DNA of 40,428 bases from a virus (Duplodnaviria > Caudoviricetes). Shown here in pieces: positions 8,494-15,599 of the stretch. The position numbers were made by a program, and so were the translations under genes. The stretch lies in IMG/VR virus record IMGVR_UViG_3300005805_000180, positions 1-40,428 of that record; one strand, 5' to 3'. The notes under the pieces are model-generated. The model did no database searches, was not told the origin of the DNA, and saw nothing but the letters and a program-made list of their open reading frames with translations. How positions within the stretch are numbered: the first letter of the stretch is position 1; each line of letters begins with the position of its first letter.

Positions 8494-8790
8494 AGTTGAT
8501 CAAAAGGTGTTCTGGACGGGAGTTCGATTCTCCCCACCTCCACCAAAAGCATATTGGACTGTAAACATCGTAAAGAGAACCTTTATGGTCGGTGTTGCCA
8601 ATATGCTTTTGATGGGGGTGACCTGGTTTCGACAGGGCAAAGAGTAGAAAGATGGACGATCCGACACAGAGAGTCGTAAACAGTAAAAAGCAATAAATGC
8701 AAATGATGCATATTTTGGAGACTATCGCCTAGCGGCGTAACCTCCTGGGGTTTCGGTAGCTGGACCTTATTATCCAATCAGCTGCCACTT
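8482..8790 (+). ncRNA. ssrA: Circularly permuted (two-piece) tmRNA; outer ends approximate
   Basis: Acceptor piece comes first: T-arm GGGAG-TTCGATT-CTCCC (8518-8534), CACCTCC-A-CCA (8535-8545). Then an intervening hairpin (8546-8613). Then the coding piece: GGGGGTG (8614-8620, giving G3.U70), ACCTGGTTTCGACAGGGCA, the resume context ATAAAT-GCA and the tag ORF 8699-8740 ANDAYFGDYRLAA*. Confidence 0.93.
8748..8786 (+). repeat. H-type pseudoknot motif, copy 1 (3' end of the tmRNA coding piece)
   Basis: S1 GGGTT/GACCT, S2 GGTAGCTG/CAGCTGCC; near-duplicate at 8981-9012. Confidence 0.7.
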
Positions 8791-8815
8791 TTAACTTAAT
8801 ATTAAGGAGCTTTGA

Positions 8816-8974
8816 ATGAAACTTGCTATTGCCGCTATTATGTCTGTATTTGCAACAACCGCCATTGCTAACGCACCTGCTGCCAAGTGCGATCCCGCAA
8901 AGGATAAGAACTGTAAGGCTGAAGCTAAGGCCGCTGCACCTGCTGCTGCTCCTGCTGCTGCACCCAAGAAGTAA
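8816..8974 (+). CDS. 52-aa secreted-type Ala/Pro/Lys-rich protein (not in the ORF track)
   Basis: AAGGAG RBS; MKLAIAAIMSVFATTAIANAPAAKCDPAKDKNCKAEAKAAAPAAAPAAAPKK; signal peptide-like N-terminus and a Cys pair. Confidence 0.8.
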   Translation: MKLAIAAIMSVFATTAIANAPAAKCDPAKDKNCKAEAKAAAPAAAPAAAPKK

Positions 8975-8980
8975 GTTTTA

Positions 8981-9012
8981 AGGTTTCGGTAGCTGAACCT
9001 CAATCAGCTACC
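8981..9012 (+). repeat. H-type pseudoknot motif, copy 2
   Basis: S1 AGGTT/AACCT, S2 GGTAGCTG/CAGCTACC; all Watson-Crick pairs. Confidence 0.7.
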
Positions 9013-9046
9013 AATTACACACTACTCACACAAAAAGGAGATTTAC

Positions 9047-9319
9047 ATGAGTAATATGACACCATTTGAGATTCGTTTAGAGTTATTAAAGTTATCAAAA
9101 GATATGCTTGGTGAGGATTATTTTGCTAGGCGAGAAGTATCCCACAATAATTGGCAAACAGCTTGTGAGAACGCAAGACAACGCGGTGAGCCACTTCCCT
9201 TGCAGCCTGACCTTCCTGCATATCCCAAAGAAGAAGAAATCATAGCCAAGGCCCAAACCTTGAATGGTTTCGTTTCACAAATTCCATCAACCGACACTAA
9301 ACCGTCAACCAAGAAGTAA
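9047..9319 (+). CDS. Conserved phage hypothetical protein
   Basis: AAGGAG RBS; TPFEIRLELLKL...YP.EEEII.KA..LNGFVS pattern. Confidence 0.75.
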   Translation: MSNMTPFEIRLELLKLSKDMLGEDYFARREVSHNNWQTACENARQRGEPLPLQPDLPAYPKEEEIIAKAQTLNGFVSQIPSTDTKPSTKK

Positions 9320-9330
9320 TCTGACAGCAA

Positions 9331-9350
9331 GAGGGACCATTAGGTCCCTC
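9331..9350 (+). other. Intergenic GC-rich hairpin (no U-tract)
   Basis: GAGGGACC-ATTA-GGTCCCTC, perfect 8-bp stem. Confidence 0.55.
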
Positions 9351-9369
9351 CCAAAGAAGGAGAACCAAA

Positions 9370-9885
9370 ATGGCTAGATTGTTTTTATTAACTGGTACTA
9401 TACTTTTAGTTATAGTATTTGGATTAAATTATGCAAAGAGTTTAAAGATCGAAAATGCATTAAGATTTAATGGTGATGAAAATAAAATTGTAAAGGTAGA
9501 TCCAAAAGAACTATCCTGTTTGGCAAAAAACATTTATCATGAGGCAAGAGGTGAACCAATAGAGGGTCAATTAGCTGTTGCTATAGTGACTCTAAATAGG
9601 GTTAAACACGTTGATTTTCCTAAAGACATTTGTGGTGTAGTATATCAACGCAATGCTACAGTATGCCAATTCTCATGGGTATGTGATAAGTCTCTAGTAA
9701 TCAGAGACTTGACTAAGTTTGTACAAGCTGTAGAAGTAGCTAGAATAGCTATTGAGGGTAGGGAAAGCATTGAAGAAATTTCTAAAGCATTGTATTATCA
9801 TGCTGACTATGTCAATCCAGGTTGGCATCGTAAAACAGTGGTAGCTAAAATAGGAAGACATATTTTTTATGAACATAGAGTTTAA
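9370..9885 (+). CDS. SleB/CwlJ-like cell wall hydrolase with an N-terminal membrane anchor
   Basis: CLAKNIYHEARGE, V.LNRV, ICGVVYQ, CQFSW, ALYYHADYVNPGW and IGRHIFY. Confidence 0.9.
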   Translation: MARLFLLTGTILLVIVFGLNYAKSLKIENALRFNGDENKIVKVDPKELSCLAKNIYHEARGEPIEGQLAVAIVTLNRVKHVDFPKDICGVVYQRNATVCQFSWVCDKSLVIRDLTKFVQAVEVARIAIEGRESIEEISKALYYHADYVNPGWHRKTVVAKIGRHIFYEHRV

Positions 9886-10123
9886 CGATTCACTTTTAAT
9901 TACTAAACGATTTAGAAGTGCAACTGAATTTTCTCTTTACATTGAGGAAAGGGTAGCTAAGGAAAGAATTGGTTACATGGATGCTATTATAGATTACTGT
10001 ACCAACAACGATGTTGATTTAGATAACATTGGCAACTTAGTTACACTTGCGCTTAAAGAGAAAATTCAGTTTGAAGCGGAAGAAGCAAATTTGATGAGGC
10101 CTAAAGGCAAACTTCCTATATGA
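9869..10123 (+). CDS. 33: Late-transcription coactivator gp33
   Basis: FSLYIE...GYMDAIIDYC...LKEKIQFEA...LPI; 33-59-32 gene order. Confidence 0.85.
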   Translation: MNIEFNDSLLITKRFRSATEFSLYIEERVAKERIGYMDAIIDYCTNNDVDLDNIGNLVTLALKEKIQFEAEEANLMRPKGKLPI

Positions 10124-10728
10124 CCATTATGGAACCATATGATGTTTATAGATCGTACTTAGCATTAAGACTCCACTTCACCACCGATCAGTATGATGTA
10201 ATAAAGCAGAAAGGAAGAGTGAAGGCATCCAAGCAAGCATTCTTCAAGCGTACTGATCTCTATGCAATCAGAAAGATTGCAGAAACCTACAGCGACAAAG
10301 AAGTAGTAGATTTCTTGGTAGCAAACTTTGTTACTGGAGATAGGTGGGGTGGAGTATTTGATATAGAAGCAAAAGATAATTATGTTGGTTGGAAAAAAAG
10401 ACTTGAATCTATTCAGTACACATTTGAGAACGAGATTGATAAGATTATTTTCTTGATGGAAAAGAATGGATACGAGTTTAATGATGCATTTAAGACTGAA
10501 GGACAACACCCAGTAATTCTTCGGATGTATTTAAAAAAACAAGTATCGATCGAGACACTTGTCATTTTAAATAAGCTAAATAACTTTGTGAGTAACTTAG
10601 ACACAGTACTTAATAATGATCTCATGTGGCCAGATGTATCACGCATCATTAAAAAGTACTCCCCTTTTCTAACTATTAACAAAGAAAAATATGATGCTAT
10701 CCTTAGAAGAAGAACTGGAGACAACTAA
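10120..10728 (+). CDS. 59: Helicase loader gp59
   Basis: Y..YLALRLHFT..YD, FLVANF, SIETLVIL and KYSPF. Confidence 0.88.
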   Translation: MTIMEPYDVYRSYLALRLHFTTDQYDVIKQKGRVKASKQAFFKRTDLYAIRKIAETYSDKEVVDFLVANFVTGDRWGGVFDIEAKDNYVGWKKRLESIQYTFENEIDKIIFLMEKNGYEFNDAFKTEGQHPVILRMYLKKQVSIETLVILNKLNNFVSNLDTVLNNDLMWPDVSRIIKKYSPFLTINKEKYDAILRRRTGDN

Positions 10729-10912
10729 TAGTAAGATTATTGAGATTGAAAAAAATATTTGTGTACTTCAAGATAATGTTATGGAAATAGCCGAACAGTT
10801 GAAAGAAACACAAAGATACCTTATGATGTTAGCAAAGAACCAAGCAGAAATTACCAAACGTATTTCTAACTGGCCTTACATTCCTGTAGAGAAAGATCTT
10901 GGAGATTATTGA
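10691..10912 (+). CDS. Small coiled-coil hypothetical protein
   Basis: Heptad-like pattern, ends in WPYIPV; sits within the operon. Confidence 0.55.
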   Translation: MMLSLEEELETTNSKIIEIEKNICVLQDNVMEIAEQLKETQRYLMMLAKNQAEITKRISNWPYIPVEKDLGDY

Positions 10913-10918
10913 ACTAAA

Positions 10919-11089
10919 ATGAAGAAGCAAAAGTTTTTTGAGTATGATCGTGAGAAAAAGATTCATAGGGTAGAGAAGGGCAACAAAGTTGCTAAATATA
11001 AAAAAAGCATTTATAATTATGATGTTGATGATGAAGAATTAGGTGATGAGTCTGACCTACATGAAGTTGAAGAAAAACATACAGACTAA
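10919..11089 (+). CDS. 56-aa hypothetical protein, basic N-terminus and acidic C-terminus (not in the ORF track)
   Basis: MKKQKFFEYDREKKIHRVEKGNKVAKYKKSIYNYDVDDEELGDESDLHEVEEKHTD; fills the gap before gp32. Confidence 0.6.
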   Translation: MKKQKFFEYDREKKIHRVEKGNKVAKYKKSIYNYDVDDEELGDESDLHEVEEKHTD

Positions 11090-11131
11090 TACGTTTATAC
11101 ATTTACATACAATTTAATACGGAGAACAATT
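11087..11131 (+). promoter_or_regulatory. Unstructured repetitive gp32 leader (putative autogenous translational operator)
   Basis: Four ATAC units at 11089, 11097, 11107 and 11117 in an AT-rich stretch before the GGAG RBS. Confidence 0.45.
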
Positions 11132-12037
11132 ATGGCTATTGATTTTAGTGCCCTCAAAAAGAATCGTGGTAATTTTGAATCCCTCATGAAAGAGGTTGAA
11201 AAGATTGCTACCCCTCAAGCAGAAGGTTCCCAAAAAGACGATCGTTTCTGGCAGCCAGAAGTAGATAAGGCTGGTAACGGTTATGCTGTTATTCGATTCC
11301 TTCCTCCTCCTAAAGGTGAAGATCTGCCTTGGGTTCGTGTGTGGAATCATGCCTTCAAGGGACCTACAGGTAAGTGGTATATTGAAAACTCATTGACCAC
11401 TCTTAACAAACCAGATCCTGTATCAGAGCTTAACACTGAGCTTTGGAACTCTGGCAGTGAAGATAACAAGAACATTGCTCGTAACCAAAAGCGTAAACTT
11501 GTTTACATCACAAACATCTATGTTGTAAAAGATCCAGCACATCCAGAAAACGAAGGCAAGGTATTCTTGTTTAAGTTTGGCAAAAAGATCTTTGATAAGA
11601 TTAAGGATGCTATGCAGCCTACTTACGAAGATGAAGAGCCAATTAATCCTTTTGACTTCTGGAAGGGTGCAAACTTTAAACTCAAGATTCGTAATGTAGA
11701 AGGCTATCGTAATTATGATAAGTCTGAGTTTGATAGTGCATCTGTTCTAATGGATGACGATGATGAGTTGGAAGGCTTGTGGACCAAAGAACATTCACTG
11801 CAAGAGTTCTTAGATCCAAAGAACTTTAAGAGCTATGAAGAGCTAAAGGCAAAGCTGGAGAGTGTTATTTCAGCTGCTGGTGCTCCTACTGCTCGTGCTG
11901 ATCAGGTTGACCTCGAGGAAGATGAAACTCCTCGTGCAGCCATCAAAGCTAAGCCAAAAGCAAAAGCACCAGAGATTGATCTAGATGAAGATGATGAGTC
12001 TTTGAGCTATTTTGCTAAGCTAGCTAACGACGACTAG
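11132..12037 (+). CDS. 32: Single-stranded DNA-binding protein gp32
   Basis: DKAGNGYAVIRFLP, WYIENS, FKFGKKIFDKI, FDFWKGANFKLK, NYDKSEF and an acidic tail. Confidence 0.95.
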   Translation: MAIDFSALKKNRGNFESLMKEVEKIATPQAEGSQKDDRFWQPEVDKAGNGYAVIRFLPPPKGEDLPWVRVWNHAFKGPTGKWYIENSLTTLNKPDPVSELNTELWNSGSEDNKNIARNQKRKLVYITNIYVVKDPAHPENEGKVFLFKFGKKIFDKIKDAMQPTYEDEEPINPFDFWKGANFKLKIRNVEGYRNYDKSEFDSASVLMDDDDELEGLWTKEHSLQEFLDPKNFKSYEELKAKLESVISAAGAPTARADQVDLEEDETPRAAIKAKPKAKAPEIDLDEDDESLSYFAKLANDD

Positions 12038-13983
12038 TAAGCAGCAACCCGTTCGTTGTATCTGTCTAATGCAGACCCTCGGTGAGTAGGCCTTGGGTCT
12101 GCCTTCATTGGCATAAAGTTATTTGTTGAAGTGCTACTAACATTATTAGATACTATTGGTTGTGTAGAGCCACCAGCTGACATTTCATCTTTCATTGCTT
12201 GGTTGTCAGAAGATATAGAAGAAACCTCTTTTGAAAAGTAAGATGTACCAGCTTTTTCAACATCACTTAATTTAGCAGCCTCGGCTTGCTGTTCTTTTCT
12301 TAGAGCTGCAAGTTCAGGTATTTTTTCATAATCTTCTTCTGTAGCAAACCTATCTTCTATTTTACCTTCTTCAAATAGTTTCTTAACAATTGGTGCAGCT
12401 TTTTGAGCATACTTTTCTTGTAGTCCTAATTTTTGTTCTCTTGCAGATTTAGCTTCATCTGTTAATGTTTCACCTGATATTTTTGATGACTTTTCAGTTA
12501 TAGTTTTGCTACTTAAAACTTTTTCACCACTTGCTTTTTCTGCTGGTTTAGCTTTTGCTTCTTCTTGTTTAGGAGCACTGTCAACTTTAAAGTCTTGCTT
12601 CATTTTTTCAGTTAAGGATTTTGAAGTTTCTTTACTTGCATCAATATCCATTGCTGAAGAATATTGCAATACATGAAAACCAAGATCAGGTTTTATTTTA
12701 TCTAACTGCTGTACCAATGCTTCTTGCTTTTTAACTATTTCAGATCTCTTAGTTTTTTTCTCATCTTTTGGTATAGAAAAATCATTATTTAAGTCTTTTA
12801 TCTGATTGGATAAAGTTAGCATTTCTGCTATTAGAGGATCAGCAGCCTTTTCTTGGTCTGGAGTAAGAAATACGTCCCCACCTTTTTCCTTTTTCTTTTC
12901 AATCTTTGCTGTTTCTTCTTTAGGTTTGGAAGGTTTTGATACAGGAGCTTGCTTCTCAGCAGGCTGCGCAGTAGGAGCTGGTGCAGCCATTGGAGCAGGT
13001 GCTGCAGCTGAAGGTGTTGGAGTAGCTTCTGCTGCTTCAGCAGCTTTAGCATCCTTTGCTGCTAGTGCAGCGTCAATTCCAACGGAAGCAGCAGTACCTA
13101 CTCCTGGTATGGATCCAGCAACACCTGAAGCAACTTCCATTGCTGCTCCAGCTGTATCTCCTTGCATTAACCTGTAAGCACCAAAACCTAAACCAGCTAC
13201 TGCTCCAACTAGTGGTATTTTTTTAATTAAAGATTTTCCAATACCTTTGCCTACTGCTCCAGCTGCCTTGCCACCGGGCTTACCTTCTTTTTTAGGTGGG
13301 GCTTCGGGTTTAGGTTTTCTATCAGGAAGATCAATATTCACACCCATACCAGGTCCGTCGCTGGGAGGAGGTTGTGGAGGTTGTGGAGACACACTGGCTG
13401 AACTGGATGGTTTTTTACTACCAATAGCTGGAGTAGTACCTGTTAAGGCTTTACCTATTAATTTTAATTCTGTAAGGGCTTCTTCATTTGTATCAAGTAT
13501 TTGTTTAGATAATTCAACATTATCCTTTGCAGCATCTGCAGCTATTTCATCAGGTGTTTCAATATTATCAGCCTCAGGATTTTTAGATTCTTTAGATTCT
13601 TTGGATGTTGGAAGTTTAAAATCTTTAGGTGCTGATAAAATATCACCGACATATTTTTCCATAGCTATTTCTGCATCAGCTATTTTGGTACCTATTGCAG
13701 TACCACCTGTTTTTATTGCTTCTACAGGATTTTTAACTATAGACTTTATTCCACTGCCTATACTTTTGGCAGTAGCAACTCCGGACATTAATCTTTCTTT
13801 AAATGACGGTTGATATGCAGGTTCTTCTTTTGTAGTCACTCGTTCATTAGTTTTACTAATCTTATTGCCAAGACCTTGTATTGCTTTCAACGTTGCTTGT
13901 TGAGTAGCAGAGTCTATCTCCCTACCTTTTTTAAATTCTTCAACAAACTTAAAAAAGTCTTTGACTGTGAGTTGTTCGTTCAT
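12034..13983 (-). CDS. Putative tape measure / baseplate hub protein (gp29-like)
   Basis: Lies directly downstream of gp26-gp51; low-complexity and helical; Gly/Ala-rich hydrophobic hairpin (KKIPLVGAVAGLGFG...GSIPGVGTAASVGIDA). Confidence 0.65.
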   Translation of the reverse strand: MNEQLTVKDFFKFVEEFKKGREIDSATQQATLKAIQGLGNKISKTNERVTTKEEPAYQPSFKERLMSGVATAKSIGSGIKSIVKNPVEAIKTGGTAIGTKIADAEIAMEKYVGDILSAPKDFKLPTSKESKESKNPEADNIETPDEIAADAAKDNVELSKQILDTNEEALTELKLIGKALTGTTPAIGSKKPSSSASVSPQPPQPPPSDGPGMGVNIDLPDRKPKPEAPPKKEGKPGGKAAGAVGKGIGKSLIKKIPLVGAVAGLGFGAYRLMQGDTAGAAMEVASGVAGSIPGVGTAASVGIDAALAAKDAKAAEAAEATPTPSAAAPAPMAAPAPTAQPAEKQAPVSKPSKPKEETAKIEKKKEKGGDVFLTPDQEKAADPLIAEMLTLSNQIKDLNNDFSIPKDEKKTKRSEIVKKQEALVQQLDKIKPDLGFHVLQYSSAMDIDASKETSKSLTEKMKQDFKVDSAPKQEEAKAKPAEKASGEKVLSSKTITEKSSKISGETLTDEAKSAREQKLGLQEKYAQKAAPIVKKLFEEGKIEDRFATEEDYEKIPELAALRKEQQAEAAKLSDVEKAGTSYFSKEVSSISSDNQAMKDEMSAGGSTQPIVSNNVSSTSTNNFMPMKADPRPTHRGSALDRYNERVAAY

Positions 13984-13984
13984 T

Positions 13985-14128
13985 TTAGTTATGCTTTGCT
14001 TGTTGTTTTAAGATTTTAAGTCTTTCGTTTTCCTTCTTAATATAATCTATTAACAACGCCACATAAACTTCCCTTTCCCAAGGTAACATATTTTCTATTT
14101 CTGTTAAACTGTACTTGTGGTGATGCAT
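13985..14128 (-). CDS. 51: gp51-like baseplate hub assembly protein (not in the ORF track; probably the -1 frameshift extension of gp26, frame open to ~14191)
   Basis: MHHHKYSLTEIENMLPWEREVYVALLIDYIKKENER; the conserved-looking QDSLVNYFTLNFSL lies upstream of the first ATG. Confidence 0.85.
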   Translation of the reverse strand: MHHHKYSLTEIENMLPWEREVYVALLIDYIKKENERLKILKQQAKHN

Positions 14129-14178
14129 AAGAGAAAAGTTTAAAGTGAAATAGTTTACTAACGAATCTTGAGAAAGGG

Positions 14179-14877
14179 TTAAACGAAAAAATTTTGTAGT
14201 CCTTCAATTCTTGATACATTGTGGTGATTACATTTAGGGCAATCTGTCTCTACTATCTGAACTACTTTAGGTGAACTTACAAAAAACTTTTCTATTTTTT
14301 CAAACTGTTCCTTTGTTAATGAAAAAATAAAGTCTTCTATTTCCTTTGGATCTTGTTCTTTTGCTTCATAATATTGATCACCTTCAAAAATACCAATTAT
14401 ACTATTTTTAACTAAATCAAAGATATGATTGAGATTGTTATTACTATTGAGCTTAACAATCTCTTCAAATCTAGGATAAGATAAATCAATTCCTACTGTA
14501 TCGTTCAACATTATTTTATTAGGTTTGTTCTCAATATTTTCTACCTTTAAATTTTCAATGTTAAACGAAGCGTCATACTTTTCATCGCAGTTAACACAAG
14601 TAATCACAACTTCAACAGACTCACCAATTGATTTTGCTCGTAACATCATGAAAATGTACTCAATGTCGAAGTGTGGTAAGTTGTTAACATTCAATTGTTT
14701 AAAAGTACACACATCTATTAGTTCTTTAATAATTCTTGCAACTTCTTCGTCTTCTGCTTCTGACATTGTAAGAAGCACTTTATGTTCTTTTACTAAGAAA
14801 GGTCTAAACTTTATTTTCTTTCCAGTAGAAGGTTGTACTAATTCATATGTTGGGGTTTCAAGTTTAGGTAATGCCAT
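14179..14877 (-). CDS. 26: Baseplate hub assembly chaperone gp26
   Basis: MALPK, FRPFLVKE.K.LL, DIEYIF..LRAKSIGE, two CxxC pairs and the GLQNFF terminus. Confidence 0.88.
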   Translation of the reverse strand: MALPKLETPTYELVQPSTGKKIKFRPFLVKEHKVLLTMSEAEDEEVARIIKELIDVCTFKQLNVNNLPHFDIEYIFMMLRAKSIGESVEVVITCVNCDEKYDASFNIENLKVENIENKPNKIMLNDTVGIDLSYPRFEEIVKLNSNNNLNHIFDLVKNSIIGIFEGDQYYEAKEQDPKEIEDFIFSLTKEQFEKIEKFFVSSPKVVQIVETDCPKCNHHNVSRIEGLQNFFV

Positions 14878-14891
14878 TATATCTCCATTAG

Positions 14892-15599
14892 TTATGCTGA
14901 AACAGGAAAGTCACTTCCAGATGTCGTTTCTGTAAAGGCTCCAACAGGTCCTTGATCAGGGTCCCAATTAAATCTTTTAATTTGTGGTACTGGTATAACT
15001 GGCAGCGTTTGCAAACTTATTTGAGGTGCTGCTATTACTTGACTTCTATTAGCTGGTATGTCAGTTCTTCTCCAATATCTATAAGCAAATATAACATTTA
15101 ACCTATGAGTTTGATTTTGAGCTGAATTATTAAGGTCCATTAATGTAATACTTCTTGGAAATGCTTCTAGTAACTCTATCTCATATGTAACGTTATTTTG
15201 TTCATCTAGTTGTCTTACTAATATTTCTGTGATGTAATCACTTTGATATGCAACAGTGAATGAATTCCTGTTTACAATGTACTCTAGCCAGTCATCAAAA
15301 AACCTTTTGACTGTCATGTTTCTATCAACATGAAAAGTCATAGACATACCATCGCCACCGTACTCTGATGTGATAGGTCTTTGGTAGGACGGACCAAAAA
15401 TTTTAAACGGTTTAACTGTTAAAGATAGAGGGGGAAAGTTTGCTACTTCACACAGCAAACTTATTTTCTTAGCATCGTTTATGGACTGACCAGTGTTTAA
15501 CGGTGCATTAATAATAACTTCAAATCTGTTGACACGAGCAAGGCTACCTTGTCTAATTTCAGATAAAAAGTTTTCTAGTTGAAACGATGCTTTACTCAT
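14892..15599 (-). CDS. 54: Baseplate tail-tube initiator gp54-like (tail tube fold)
   Basis: LARVNRFEV, LCE..NFP, MTFHVD, FFDDW, EAFP and V.FAYRYW; likely start MSKASF overlapping the gp2 stop (ATGA). Confidence 0.75.
   Translation of the reverse strand: MSKASFQLENFLSEIRQGSLARVNRFEVIINAPLNTGQSINDAKKISLLCEVANFPPLSLTVKPFKIFGPSYQRPITSEYGGDGMSMTFHVDRNMTVKRFFDDWLEYIVNRNSFTVAYQSDYITEILVRQLDEQNNVTYEIELLEAFPRSITLMDLNNSAQNQTHRLNVIFAYRYWRRTDIPANRSQVIAAPQISLQTLPVIPVPQIKRFNWDPDQGPVGAFTETTSGSDFPVSA

Noticed and set aside
8514-8545. Stand-alone tRNA gene or attP-like tRNA 3' fragment
   Set aside because: There is no upstream acceptor or anticodon arm. Its pairing partner lies downstream at 8614 and is followed by a tag ORF, so it is part of a permuted tmRNA.
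8583-9003. Minus-strand ORFs 8583-8777 and 8791-9003
   Set aside because: These are antisense shadows of the tmRNA and of the 52-aa plus-strand gene, which has a clear RBS.
12806-13813. Long plus-strand ORFs (123 and 188 aa) inside the tape measure gene
   Set aside because: These are antisense shadows of Ala/Pro/Gly-rich low-complexity coding sequence, with no RBS or motifs.
14037-14219. 60-aa minus-strand ORF from the track as the gene between gp26 and gp29
   Set aside because: It is in the wrong frame. The gp51 motif (KYSLTEIENMLPWERE) is in the frame ending at 13985.
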